From assembly GCA_050575255.1 (NCBI GenBank), contig JBNZDD010013718.1:4175644-4239643 (forward strand): a stretch of DNA of 64,000 nt, given 5' to 3'. The notes beneath the pieces are model-generated. The model saw nothing but the letters and a program-made list of their open reading frames with translations. It searched no databases and was not told where the DNA came from. Each line of letters starts with the position of its first letter. Within the stretch, counting starts at the first letter, position 1. The translations under genes and the position numbers were made by a program. Source of the DNA: Harriotta raleighana (taxonomy: Eukaryota). Positions 12,681 to 26,300 of this stretch are shown in pieces.

Positions 12681-13560
12681 TATAGGCAGAGTTGGTTCAA
12701 AACCAAAGTTCACTGAAGCAACACACCACTACCTCTTCTATTTTCATCCAACTTGCCTCCATTTCCTTCCCTTTAGCCTATTACAAATCTATGTACACAT
12801 CTTCTACTTGATACCCAACGAAGCAAAGGCTCATCATATTAGCAGTTGTTTGTTTGCAATGAGAAAACATTTGCATTTTACATGATAAACATAGAAATTT
12901 ACACGTGGACATTTAACCCATTGAAAACTGAAGTCAAATTTCTGCTGCCAAATTAACAATGTGATACCATCAATTTTCCTTTTTATCATTTGAAGTTCTG
13001 AACACATCTACAGTTCTAATTTATAATAGGCATCTCAGAAGTTTATAGACAATATTTTTCAGCAAATGTGGGGTAAGTATACACTCGTGGGATACAGGGT
13101 TTAAGCAGTCACTACATAGACCAGTCACTGTTTTATGCAAGGTTTGGTACATATCAGAGTTAACATTTCCACCTACGAAAATGAACCCTTATACAAAATG
13201 TGTGCTCCTGTGCATTTTGCACATAGAATCATTTTGTTTCCTATCACTCCCTCCCTGAAAAAGGAGTCTTGTACTGTAAACCCCAAATTGCAAACAAAGT
13301 GGGAATAGTATGTCATCCAATATATCATGCATTTCCATGCTGTTCAGCTGATGGTTACAGATACAAATGTTTTACTAAAAGTGAATGTTACACCAATAAC
13401 CATCCATGCATGTGGTTTACATACTGAAAATATGTTCAAGTGGCACAGTACAACAGTTGTTTTTAAGCTGCCAGCCTTAGTCTTTCCAATTTCGTATTGT
13501 GGTTGGTCCCTTACAAAGGCCACAGTGGTATAGTTGTAGCTCACTCAGCCATTTTGTGTT

Positions 13561-14348
13561 TCACACGACCGCATCCTTGATTTCAGACCCAATTCTCACT
13601 CTAGGTTGTGGGCAACGTGGGGAAATTTCCACATACAAGTTTTTTTGATTCAGTTGACTATTTGGTGATTCTGGATACTCAGAGTCCTTGCCGTTGATGG
13701 CATTTTCCAGCACTGGTGTACTGCAGATGTGGTTATCGTTTAAGCTCTGGTAGCCTTTATGATGGTCAGGAGTTGGTACTTGAATCGGATTTCCATTCAA
13801 AGGCAGGCTTTCTTGTATCTCGATCTTTCTTTGTTTCTTTTGTTGGATATTCGAGCATTCTCCATCTTTTATCAGTGACTTCATTCTGTCTCTGTTCCAA
13901 TACAGGAAAATGAGACATAAAACAGCAAGTGTCAGCGCAAACACTACACTAACGGTTACAAACTCAGTCCAGTAATTCTTCCCGTTGGTGTGCTGAGCAT
14001 ATCGACTTTCACTACTGAGTGGATTTATAACTATCCCTTTCTCTGGATTTCCGTAATTTTCTATGGGGCTGGATTTTCTTGATGCTGTTGTGGCTTCCAA
14101 AGACAAGTCTGCTCTCACACAATAGTTTGCAACCAGCAGTTGAAAGCCTTCCTCTAAGGCCCAGCATTCATATACTCCAAATTTCTCTGCTGTTGTGATA
14201 ATCTCGCCATCAGTAAGAATTGTGTACTTAGCATCTGCTATTGCTCCATTATGTATCCATTTTCTTGTTGCAAAGTTTGATCTTACTTGACAACGCAGCA
14301 ATTTGAAACTATTAAGTGGCACAGTGACAGTCTCACATGGGACAGTAC
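13561..14348 (-). CDS. sema4b: sema4b last coding exon: Ig-like domain, TM helix ([22 protein letters not shown]) and cytoplasmic tail ending DAVV*
   Basis: Acceptor ccataaacag. The frame is continuous with ORF 13561..14322 and contains Ig motifs LRC...W...GVYECW. TGA at 13563-13561. Confidence 0.96.
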
Positions 14349-17300
14349 CTGTTTATGGAAGAGAGATTCATTAACAGAAAACTGCATACTTAAATACAAC
14401 AGATTTTTGAATTCGAAAATTAACTTAACCCTTCTGCCCGAAGATCCAGTTTGAAGTCAGAAAGTTTAGACATACATAAAGGAGTCAAACATACACTGAG
14501 AAGGATGAAGAACATAGAATTAAATGTTAAGAGGTGTAGAAATGATTGAATTTCCAGTAAGCAGGGTTAAGTAAGTTGAGAGTTTATAAAACACTTTCAT
14601 ATTAGCTTTCAGAAAGTGTGTTAATTGGCCTCGAAAATTGCAGCATAAGCATTCATATACTCTCACAATGGCAATGCATACACAGGTAGGTATGGCAATT
14701 TCTAGGAAGCATCAGTTTCAATAAGTACCCTATACACATGCAGGTTCTATACTGAAATCGAGAGTATGCTGTGTATCAGAATGCATGTTCCAACACAACA
14801 GCTAAAGTGAGAGGAAGGAGTGTTTCTATTTATTTAAAAGAATTGAATAATACTTTAGCTCTTTAGAATGACTTTGTCTGACTACGTGACCAAGGGAACT
14901 AAAATGTGTAGCTAATTTATAAAATCAGTTTAATTTGAAAGTTTTATAAGTACTCACTCTGTGGCCTGAAAGCTCTGGGACTGAACACTGAAACATTAGG
15001 TTTCCGACACTGTCGTTCAGCCTTACCCATCTCGATGTCTTGTTTCCATTGACTGCAAGATCAGAACATGGAAAAAATAGACATAAGAAACAGACTTTGT
15101 GGTAAGCAAATGAAGGCAAAGCACAATGTTAAACTTTTGTTCAGAGTTTAACATTCAGTGCGTTGGGACATCCCCCGACATGAAAGGTGCTGTACAAATG
15201 TAATCTTGTTGTTGTAAATGTCTGGAATTCTGTCTAGTCTCAGGTTACAAGATCATTTTGCCTCAAAATCAAGATCACACCGAAATATGGAAAACTTAAG
15301 TCACAGCTGCAAGTTAGTTCTTTTAAAGAACTGTGGAAAATTGGATTCAAAATGATGTGGAAACACTCCTGATCTATAGCCATATTATATGCACTTTGAG
15401 AAACACGATGACTTCCAAATGGATCCAATAGATATCGAACATTTTCAGAGTCTGAAAATAGTATCATGATGAATTCCAACATGACTTATTTGTTGCAAGT
15501 TTCCAAACAATTTCCACTTACGAATTGAACTGTAATCCTCGGATACTTCTGCACATCATCCCATCCCAGGCACAGTAAGGGTCCCTAGCCAATACACACT
15601 CGCCACAAATCTGATAAATGCTGCAGTTGGATGTAGGCAGCTGAACAACACCTGAGTAAGAAGATGCATACAACATACCCTGTGTACATTGGAGACATAA
15701 AACAGAATGCAATTCAAAACACTGGGTTACATTAAACTTTTTTTAATTATCATTTGAAAATTACTGTGTAATTATTTGATAATTATCCACTGCAATCTTG
15801 CAATTGGCATTCAATTGAGGATTACAAATGGAATTTCCCATCCATCAATGTGCATATTCTAGATAAAAGAATAGGGTTCATAGAATTTTCTGTTCATTAT
15901 ACAGTGATGTAGGATGTATCAGGACAGTAAAACAAGATGGGTTTGGAATTGCAACTTGCAGCTTTGAAACAGATACTAGGAAGCATTTCTCTCCTCAGAT
16001 GGCAGTTAATGACTGGAACAGATTGTCAAGACAGACACTGGACTCATTTAAAAAGCAGCTTGATTCTGTGATGGGAGGTCAGTAGATGATATTCTGGAGG
16101 GATGAGAAGCCAAAGAGCATCTTCAACTAAACCAATCTTGTGAACATTAGAGTGTCCTTCAACATTTATTTTCTCCTTTTTAGCTACATCTGCATTTCCA
16201 TAACCACACATTCTAGATGGTCAAAAATGTTGACCTTTGTTATGTCACTGAGATGGATCACAACTGAGAAATAATGACTTATTTTGGTAATAATTGCTAC
16301 AAATTCTATGGCAAAAGAGAGCCCCGATCCAATAATTATTGATATATGGGATTACATGCTAATGGCAATAAACAATGTCTCCTTGCAGGAAAAAATCTTA
16401 ATGAATTTTGTACCCGTTTTGAATCCAATATCATGTTCTGCACAGGTTGTGGTGTAGCAAACAGAGCAATTTCCTCAATGATATGCATCTTATTCTTCAC
16501 ATTTACTGCCTTGTGCAATAGACCAGTTTCTGTTGGGAGAGCAAAATACAATGCACAGAAAATTCTTAAATGCTTCAAATCGCAAAAGGCAAGAAACATC
16601 AAAACAATACTCACATTTAACGCAAGCATTTCATGTTAAACGCAATTAAAATATACTTTTATTCAGATAAGTTGTTTTATTCCTTTATCAACGTACTTTC
16701 ATCCGCTCTGTAACATTATTATTGATCGCATTTTCACATTCCGAGTGGTTGGAATTTTAATACACATGTGACAAACTAGCATTGACATTTTATCAAATTA
16801 TCTGCCTTAAATCATTTTACTGTCAATGAGGTTAGTAAAAGGTATTAAGCACAGCCGCTATATTTTTCTGAACCAACACATTAGCCTCAAAGAGGAGAAT
16901 GCAGTTGCCTTTTGGTTATCTGAAATTCTACCCCAAATAGTATAATACTGTACAGTAAAACCTTGATAATCCTGCACGGTTTGGTGACCGGATTTTGGTG
17001 TTTGCCGGTATTTAGATCCTACCCTAGAAATGACTGGGGAAGCCCCGTCCCATAAACATAGTACTGAAGCCAAAAAATGCCCGAGCTTTACCCCCTACGT
17101 CGGGTGACAAAGCGGCCACACCGGGAACTACAAGCAGCTGTTCCGAACTTCAGGAGATTTGGCGGACATTGGAAAAAAATGAGTAGTGTATATATTTTGA
17201 AATCTTGCCGGTTTTACGGAGTTGCCATCTTTAGGAATGTCGTATTATCGAGCTTTTACTGTATTTTAGGAATGTTCATCTCCCCCCCAACTCTTTACTG

Positions 17301-20300
17301 TATTTTTGCACACAGTTGCATAGTGCAATTGATGTATCTTTCCACAAAACATTAGCACATTCAGTTTGGTTTTCATTTTAATTTGACACTTAATTTGACA
17401 CTTTTACTTCTAATATTTGTAAAGTCCATAAACCCTGTCAGTAGATCATCACCAGACAAAAACAGCATTAGTGTCAAATTGAAATGTTAACTGTTGTGGA
17501 TGGAAACACAGAACAAAATTGGGGCGTTACGGCTTTGTTTTTTGTGCTAAATTTCAGCAAAGCAAACATGACCGACGCTCAAGCAGGTATTAACCTTTCA
17601 GAATGAGGCCGAAGGGAGAACTAAGAATAATAGCTGATTATCTCCTTGGTTGAAATCTGTAAAATGATCCCAGTCAATTCATGATCACACGTATTGTCAG
17701 ATCTACAGATGATAGTCTGCTAAATGCAAAGGATGCATGCATTACATCTGTATTCTGTTGTTACATATGTATTGTATTAAAAGCACTGAAGAAAATATGA
17801 TTGTCACTTGAATAAAACAATGAGACAATTAAAATAATGAGACAATTAGTAGCTATGGTCTGCTGGTTCAGTGCCTTGGGACGACCTCCTTTTTGTATAG
17901 CAAATACATTTGCTGTACAAATGTAATTTTGTTGTTTGTTGGANATTATAATCTCTGATAACCCAAAGAATGGCAAATTGCTCCAGAGATACACTCATCT
18001 TTCAATGTAGTCAATTTTTGTGCATGGGGCTTATTCTGCATAAACATTGAAGGAGTTTTGCATGAATTACCATGAAATATTTATTTCCTGGCAGCACCCG
18101 ATGGAGCCTGAAGTGATTTAATCATATAGCTGCGGAACGTACCTGTGGCCAGAAACATGACATTGTAGTGGTCGTGAATGGCTTCAACTTGGTCCACAAC
18201 AATCTGTGTGTATTTAATATGCTTTTTGATCAACAAGGGCTGACTCTTTATTTCATCCATCAGAAAGTGATCTTTAGCGAAATTCAGCACTTTATCCGGC
18301 ATTTTGAATGAAGAGGTTATATTCATGGCTCTAGCAGCATTTGTAATACACTGTTAGAAATGACAGAAGAAACGTTTTCCATATTATTAAAATGTTTGAT
18401 ACAGTCTGAGTAATTTTTCATAACTTTAAAAATGCTCAATCTTCAACAAAATGCCAATTGTATTTCATGGAACTGTGATAAATCTATTCTACAAAGTTTT
18501 CTCACGATTACCTCCATTCTACAAGGCAGAATATAGCACAGTACAATGAGAAGGTTTACAAATATCTGTGAAATACTACAGTTTAATATGTAAAAGCCAT
18601 TCATTTTAGGACATTCACATTAAAATGCTAAATGTGTTGCTTAATGTTCAATCTGATGAAGGTTAATCTTTAATGTCAGTGATACATACAGTGCCTGGTC
18701 TTGGCTCTGGGACAATGTGATTGTAGGGATACCACCTCTGTGTCTCACGATTCACTTCCATGTACCTTCCACTGAAGGCTCTTGTGACATCTGCCATAGA
18801 GAATGCACAGACAGCAGATGTGGCTGCACCACCTTTGTACCTATAAACAGAATCAAAGTCATGGCGTTCAACTTTAGAATTTCAAAGAAGCCACCAATGG
18901 TACTACAATGAACTCTCTCCCAGATTCGCTCCCTCTTTCAAAGTACATTTGAAAATAAAGCTTAGCTGCCCATCCAGCTCTGTGAATGCTTTGGGTCATC
19001 TTTCCATCAAGAAACAATCGATGTGTATGCAAACTTTAGTGTACCCCCATCTCATATTTAAAACAATGTGGATCACCCAACCTTTGATGTCCAAGTTACA
19101 AATTGATACACTGATACTGTTTTTAGTTAACATTTTTGACTAGTCCTACCTCAGGGAGATTAGCATTCAAAACAATAGGCAGTGAAAATTGGGATGCCTG
19201 CAATCCATTAATTGGAGACGATGAACAATTTACATGTTAGAATTTTCTCTCATATGGAGATGTGCTAATTTGGCAAACTGCAGTAGTCTTGCTTTTTTTC
19301 TCTTATATTTCCCAACAAGAGCCTATCTACTTAACTGCTAAATATTTCAGCATTTGATATTGTTGCAAATTGGGAAACAAACATCCAGCTGTAACCTTGC
19401 AAAATAGAATACAGTAAACTCCCACTGATTATCTGATCCTCCATTGCCAATGTTTTGAGTTTGATGAATCCCCAAGTCATTTTAATTAACATTACTTTTT
19501 TGGAAGACTGTCCTTTCTACAAAGTCTGGGAAAACAACTGAAAGATTATCCACAGTTCTCACTGAAGACAAAAATGGTCTTGCAAATTTCAATCATTTTC
19601 AAGTCACTAGGCTTCAATGGAAGAACCGAAAAAACTGTACTTTCATGGGTGAAGAATTTTAGAATAGACCGGTTTATGGCATTAAACCTAGTTATAATTT
19701 ACTTAACATACCACCATTTTGTTACTAAATATTAAAAAAATTAAAAAAGTGTGGGTAAACTCTGGATATGATCATAAAGAGCCAACATTAATTTTTTTTA
19801 ACGAAAGACAAGCAAGTTCAGCATTATTAAATCAGAAGAAAATTTACAGGCTACTCATTTTATTCATGCTGCTGCAATTCCAGTGTTAATGTAATGTATA
19901 TTTCACAGGTAACATTCCCATTAAATAATAATAATCCTTGCATTAGATATAGCGCTTTATCAAATAGTTGCGATGTTGCAAAGAGCTTCACAGAATATAT
20001 TGCAAAGTGAATTGACTGAATATTTTGTGAGCAAATGTTATGTATATTATCTGGTGTTACTAAGTGTAGGATGGTGCTGCTGAATGAGCACTCAGTTTCA
20101 CAGCAGGCTGCACTATTATAACTCTGGGAAACAAGAGATCCAAAGCTAAAGATCTGGTCTGGAAAAAAGATAGATATTGCTGGCCCATCGATTCTTGTTT
20201 ATCCATCTCATCTGTTTCAATTTGCTGCAGAGTGCAGCACATTCATGTCATGTTCCTTTACAGAACATCTCTAAAATCCCAATGAGAACTTCATTGTGGA

Positions 20301-23300
20301 GCTAGCACTGACACAATAAGTTAAATGTCTCCCTTCTGTGGCGTAAACATTCAATGATTCTACGCTAACATAATCGCTGAAGCTTCTATCAGTGTTTTAC
20401 ATGTTCCTGATGTACAAAGGAACCTATATGGCACAAAATGATTATGATTGAATATCAAATTAGATTAGTGCAGCAGATAATGGTAATAGACAACTGGAAA
20501 AGAGAGACAATTTGTCGCATGTCATATTAATATCCGTCGTTCTGGAAACATTTCAGGAAGTCTTTACTCTTCAAATCATTTTAAATATTTCATAAGCCTC
20601 TGGCTAAATATTAACATCAGGCTAAATATTAATTATTAACAGTTGTTTAATACAATGCTAAAACAGAAAACACATACAAAATAACATCTCCAAATTTAAA
20701 TGCTTCATGTAGAGGCAAAATAACAAATTGTTATGCAGCCCCTCACTACAACTATCTCTGATGAAGTCTGACCCCTCCTATGTTTGTGCATGTTATTCTG
20801 GCTTCCTCATTATTAGTAAAAAAAACAAGACAGTAAATCTCAAATAAGTTGTAGCAGTTGGGACCATAAATTGAATATGACTTATGCAAAGTATGAATTG
20901 TGTCAAACTTACAAAGAATGGCTGGCAGACACTCCGAATGGACTTGAGCAGATGTACAACTTAAGCGATAGTCCGATTTATACGTTATATTTAGACTTGT
21001 GTGAGTTTTACTGTATTATTCACCTGTCCTGCAAAAATCTATGTTAACCACTCCTAAAGGCATTTCTAGGAAAGATCTACTGGTGAACTGATGCATGCTG
21101 ATTCAGCTGTTGAATTCATACTACTCCAGTTTCCAGGTTTTGTTTCTTGAGAAACCACACAACACAAATAAATTGAGCAATGAGTTTGTCAGTTCTGAGA
21201 AAGGGCACTCCGCAATGAGAACAAAATGCTGAGACATGACATCCACAAATGTCAACAGGCTCTGAATTTAAATCATAAGTGTATGTAATCCTGCCTGTAA
21301 ACCTTTTTAAAAAAAACACATTTTCTTTTAAAATAGGCACTGGAGTTTCGGAGAAAAGTAAAAAGTGTATTCACGTACCACTGTGAACTAAATACTCCAT
21401 AAAAGGTTGTGTTTTTCCAATGTTCTTTCCCAGGTGTAAGGACGAACATGTCCTGAATGATGTTAAATGGGAACCCATCATCGGGAAGTGAACAGGAAAG
21501 CTGGGATTTCAGGAAAGTGGTCCACCTTTTCTGTAGCACACGCTCTCCACCTAAATCACCCTGTGGGGGAAAAAAAAGTGGTAATTTAAGCCGCACAAAT
21601 GAAATGCAGATTAATATGAAATAACCATAAGAAATTATCAAGCCAAAAAAAACCATGTGGGCTACCACAATCAAAAGGTCATCTACAATGTGAAACCTTG
21701 GCTTCAACTTTGCTTTCTTGTCGTGGTTACTATCAATAGGAACATAGAACGGACAACAGACTTAATCAATCTGGTCAACCAGAATGCTTTCTCTACACAA
21801 ACAATGGTCGATAAGTGTATGAGGATATGAGAGAGGCTATTAACGTGAATATATAAGTCGGCTCCAGAGGTAAAACTAGCCACATTTCCAGAGATTTTAG
21901 TGATTGAAGGATTATGGTGAGAAGGCAGGAAGATCAATTGAAAAGGAACTGTCTCATTGAGATTCATGGTTTTTTTGTTCCTAACAAATGTTCAACAGGT
22001 ATACAAAACCTGTTTTTCTTCGCCTTGCATGTTTGAAACTGCCTGAAAATGCTGTGAATATGAACAGTGGAACNTCCTAACAAATGTTCAACAGGTATAC
22101 AAAACCTGTTTTTCTTCGCCTTGCTGAAAAGCATGTTTGAAACTGCCTGAAAATGCTGTGAATATGAACAGTGGAATAGCAATATAGCTGGATGACATAC
22201 AACTCAATGTGTAACTTTCTTACCACTCTATTTCGTGTTTGAAACTCTTCCTCCCCACCTATAGCTTCCCATTTATTGAGGTTTAAAGGCAAAACAAAGA
22301 GAATAAAGGTTCTTGCTCCACGCTTCTTGACAATTGGCAAAGAAATCAAAGCAGTACTGGCAAGGTTAGTAATTTGAAGATGACTAATTCCCTGTGATTA
22401 TCACATCAAACCAAAATAATGATGTCTCATTTTTATAAATGTACTTATAGCAGGGCTATTATCTTGCTCAATGATGTCACTTAACCTGACAGTGGCTATC
22501 AAGACATATGACATTGGAGTGACAGGAGCTGAACAGTTGGTTTTTCAAATTGGGGCTTTATAAATGCATATGTCTTATTCTACGGGCTTCACATTGAGTG
22601 ATATAATCAAGGGAAAGTATGAACCACAAGTCATTTTGTTGATGACAGAAATAAGAATTATCAAAGGCTACACTGATCACCAGTAACAGCTGATGGAAGA
22701 ATGAGTTAACCAAATTTTAACCTCCCATTGTGATAATTCACAGAAATGCTACACATTTGGCCTCATATTTATTAATTTCAGGGTTTTTAAATGATTAGGT
22801 TAGATTGTATCTTAATAAATAAAGCTACAGAAGGACTGCCAAACACAACATGGATAATTTCTTTGATTTACACCAATTCTTTTTGCAACAACATATAGAA
22901 AAGCCCACTTATAATGACTTACACTGGGACTGACTACAGTACATGCAATCACTACAGGCTTCAGTTCTTAATATAGGATCAATATTGCTTTCTAATCCAC
23001 AAATTAAATTACTTAAATCAGGACTGACTAAATGTATGCAGGATCAGTTTGTACCAATTATATATACAGGGCTGACATTGTACAATAACATATCAAGAAC
23101 CTGTCTCAACTAGCTTCCTCTGGTAATTTATGTTCAGAGGAAAGAAACTGATTAAAAGACAAACCGTCAGCATGTTGTATTTTTAACCAATCCATTTGGT
23201 TGCATCTTGGAATTCTATGCCATTCTATTTTAATAATAATCCTTGGTTTTGTTACAGCACCTTATCACATCTTTGAGACATCTCAAACGGCTTTACAGAA

Positions 23301-26300
23301 TATACGGTGAAGCAAATTGACTGAATTCTGTGGGCGAATCGGGACCATCGATTATTCATGGTAGTGAATTAAGTGACAAAAATTTTTTTGCTTTCAGCTT
23401 TCACCCCTCTTGGGATTCCCTTTTTTTGGGGTGAAAGGAAAACATGGGTAAAGCTGAAAGTTTTATTCCAGTTTATCCACGACTTTCCCTGAATAATGGT
23501 GAAGAAACCAATTCAAAGCCACTCAGTAATTTGAACATGTCGAATTCCCTATGATTATCACATCAATCTATAACAAAGCACCATTTTAAAGGTGAGCATT
23601 ATAACAGGTCCTATTACCTCATTCAAATCTGTCACTTAAACTGACCGTTCCCATCGCCCATCAAAACAAATGGCAGATTATCCATCGCAATGATAAGCAA
23701 TGTACAGTTGCCTTTGTGCCTTCTTTTGGCTATTTCATAGAGTGCCATAATTAAAGAGATAGTAAAACTCTTATGTCAATTAGAAATCACAAATTGAACT
23801 AGATGAAAGTGAATGGACAAACCATACTTAACACAAGGGTATCATGGAGATTACACATCATAGTCTTTTCAAATCTTAAATCCAGTAAACTATATGAATG
23901 ATCTGAATGTTTGTGATTCAACTAATGAATAGAGAAAGCACAATCCTGGTGTTGGTTGTTAAAAGTAATTGGTCATTTGTGACAAAGAATGACCGGAAAT
24001 GTTGTAATGTGGCCATTTGGTGGTGGCAATTGGCTGCTGCATTTTAGCCACTAAATTTTGTCACTTCACTTTACAATATATTGTCTGAGTGCTTCGAGAT
24101 ATCTCAACAACATGAAAAAGTGCTAAATCAAATGCAAAGATTATTATTATTTCCTCTAAACTATTCCCAAGTTGTCCATGGTTTGCAAGGTTTAATACCT
24201 GTTGGAAGAGCCCCGTAATTATCATACCTTTGAACCAAAACAACCAGGAACTATCTAAAGTATTGGCCCCGTAAAGACTTGTAGGGTGTCAAGAATTACC
24301 ACTTCTCTAATTTGAAGATCTGCACAGTGTTAAATAGGGATTGACAGCTTTATCTTGTCCTGGGGGTGAATCCTGGTATTTCAGTTCAAAAGCTAAGTGG
24401 AACATACCTCTGAACACTGTTCTCCTTTAAAATAGATTTTACTACTTTTAATGAAAGGCATAATTCCCAACAATGCAATACTAGAAAATGCTATCCAAAA
24501 AACTCTTCAAAGATGGATTACAGGTATTTAGAAAATTATACATATTTTGCTGTTATTCTACTGAGTACTTTGAGGCAAATTCATCTTCTTTTCCTTTTAA
24601 AGATTACACACTACTTTGCATTCACTTTCCTTGGGTTCACTGACAGTCCTATGAAGCCTTTACAGTTTTTTTTACAAAAAGGTATTTTTACTCAAAAAGT
24701 AATTTATTGCTTGTTAATATTGTTAGCTTGAAACATATTTGAATAAATTAATAGAAGGGTACTGTAAGCCAGTTAGAACAATTGAATTTTTGGTAATAAA
24801 CAAATGAATTCTATTCAGCTTGTCAAAGGATATTAAAGCAGAAAACTACAAAAATGCATTTAGGGAATTAAAACTTGAAGCCAATAAGAAACCGCAGAAC
24901 TGCGAAATAACGAAAGGTTGGAGGGTGGTGCCTTAGGTTATAATAACATGGTCTGTGATCTGCTTTGGATTAGAAAGGTCGATCAGTATTGAAAAGAGAT
25001 GTCTGAAAAGGTCTGTAGAATCATATAAGCATCTAAATAAGATTTGAAAAGTCAATCCAGAAAAATACTCTTAGATACACCAAGGCAGCAGAACAAAAGG
25101 GCACAAGATCAGGGTTGTAAAGGGCAATTCCTGGTCAGACACAAGTAAGTATTTCTTTATACAGAGGGTAATAATGGCTGAAATAGGTTATTGGTGGGGT
25201 GATCAGGCCATTGGACTCATCTAAAAAATCTTCATGATATAACTGGTGGATGGTGTTCTGGAAGGATGAGCTCAAATGAGCAGAAAAGCCTCTTTGTCTG
25301 ATTCTCTCTTGCAGTCAATTATGAGAAAATATTCAACATAATTCTTATTACAGATTGAAATCTGCCCCCTAGATTATACCTTTATAATAATGATTCTTCC
25401 TTTCTGGTTTCAAATAAATCATTTTCTGAACCATTCATATGAGAGAATGCCTCCTGTTTTCTTGCTTCAGCTGCAGGAACAACCTAGCTTTGAAAGTTGA
25501 AGTAATTGAGTTTCTTTTATATCGAGTTTCTTTTATATCGGAGAGCTTTTGATGTTCACAAAATAACACCGAAAAAACCAAACACACCTAAGAGCATAAA
25601 TAATACAAAGATCCAAGCCCTTTGAACATTACGTTGTACTTGTAAAGCACCTGAAGTCTATATGGGTAACTCCCTCCAGTCAACAACCTTTACAAAATTC
25701 TCAATTGTTTTAAATTCAAATGAATCACAGTGATATCAAATAACGTTTTCAATACCTGGTGAAAGTGAGTCAATAAAGGATCAAACCAGCCAATAGTTCT
25801 TAGAAGAATAAATCAGCAGCCTCTCCTAATTCCCTTCATGTTCACACTATCCACCACTTCAGATGAAGCCACCAAAGTTCAAATATTAGTAGAAGTTATA
25901 AAGTTCTGGTGTCAAATCCAGTTTACCAAAGTAGGATGCAGTAAATCAACAAAAGTTCACAAGATTACAAGCACATTAGAGGGATTTGGATAAGGAAAGC
26001 CAAATTTAAAAAAAATATGGTTGCAATCTATCTGGTACAACCTGGTGTTGTACTGGAAACATTTCCACTGAGTGCTATCTAATGGACCACACATTAAAGG
26101 GTGATGACAACTAAACATCACCATCACTTACACAGAGCCAAAGGCATTTCTAGGACTCGTTGCAAGGCATTTGAAAACTTTGCTAAATTGCCCTACTTTG
26201 TTCCAGCAGACATACTCAACATCACTATCTGAAAAATGCAGTCACTGCCTCAGGTAACATGTCTTCACTCTTAATCAGTGGTTTCCCACAGCTATAACCC

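Larger units (their letters stand above)
8630..13560 (-). other. sema4b: Putative long sema4b 3' UTR, up to about 4.9 kb
   Basis: U-rich on the minus strand, with AATAAA clusters at 11243-11252, 9672-9677 and 8647-8662. The extent is inferred, not transcript-supported. Confidence 0.5.

Noticed and set aside
13252-13258. miRNA seed matches in the 3' UTR (miR-125 7mer-A1 here, miR-9 at about 11860, miR-34 at 8771)
   Set aside because: 7-mers for some miRNA are expected by chance in 5 kb, and conservation cannot be assessed here.
25508-25539. Short tandem duplications (16 bp x2 here, 18 bp at 1001 and 1043, (cttgata)3 near 35724)
   Set aside because: Ordinary slippage products. No spacer-repeat array, so nothing CRISPR-like.
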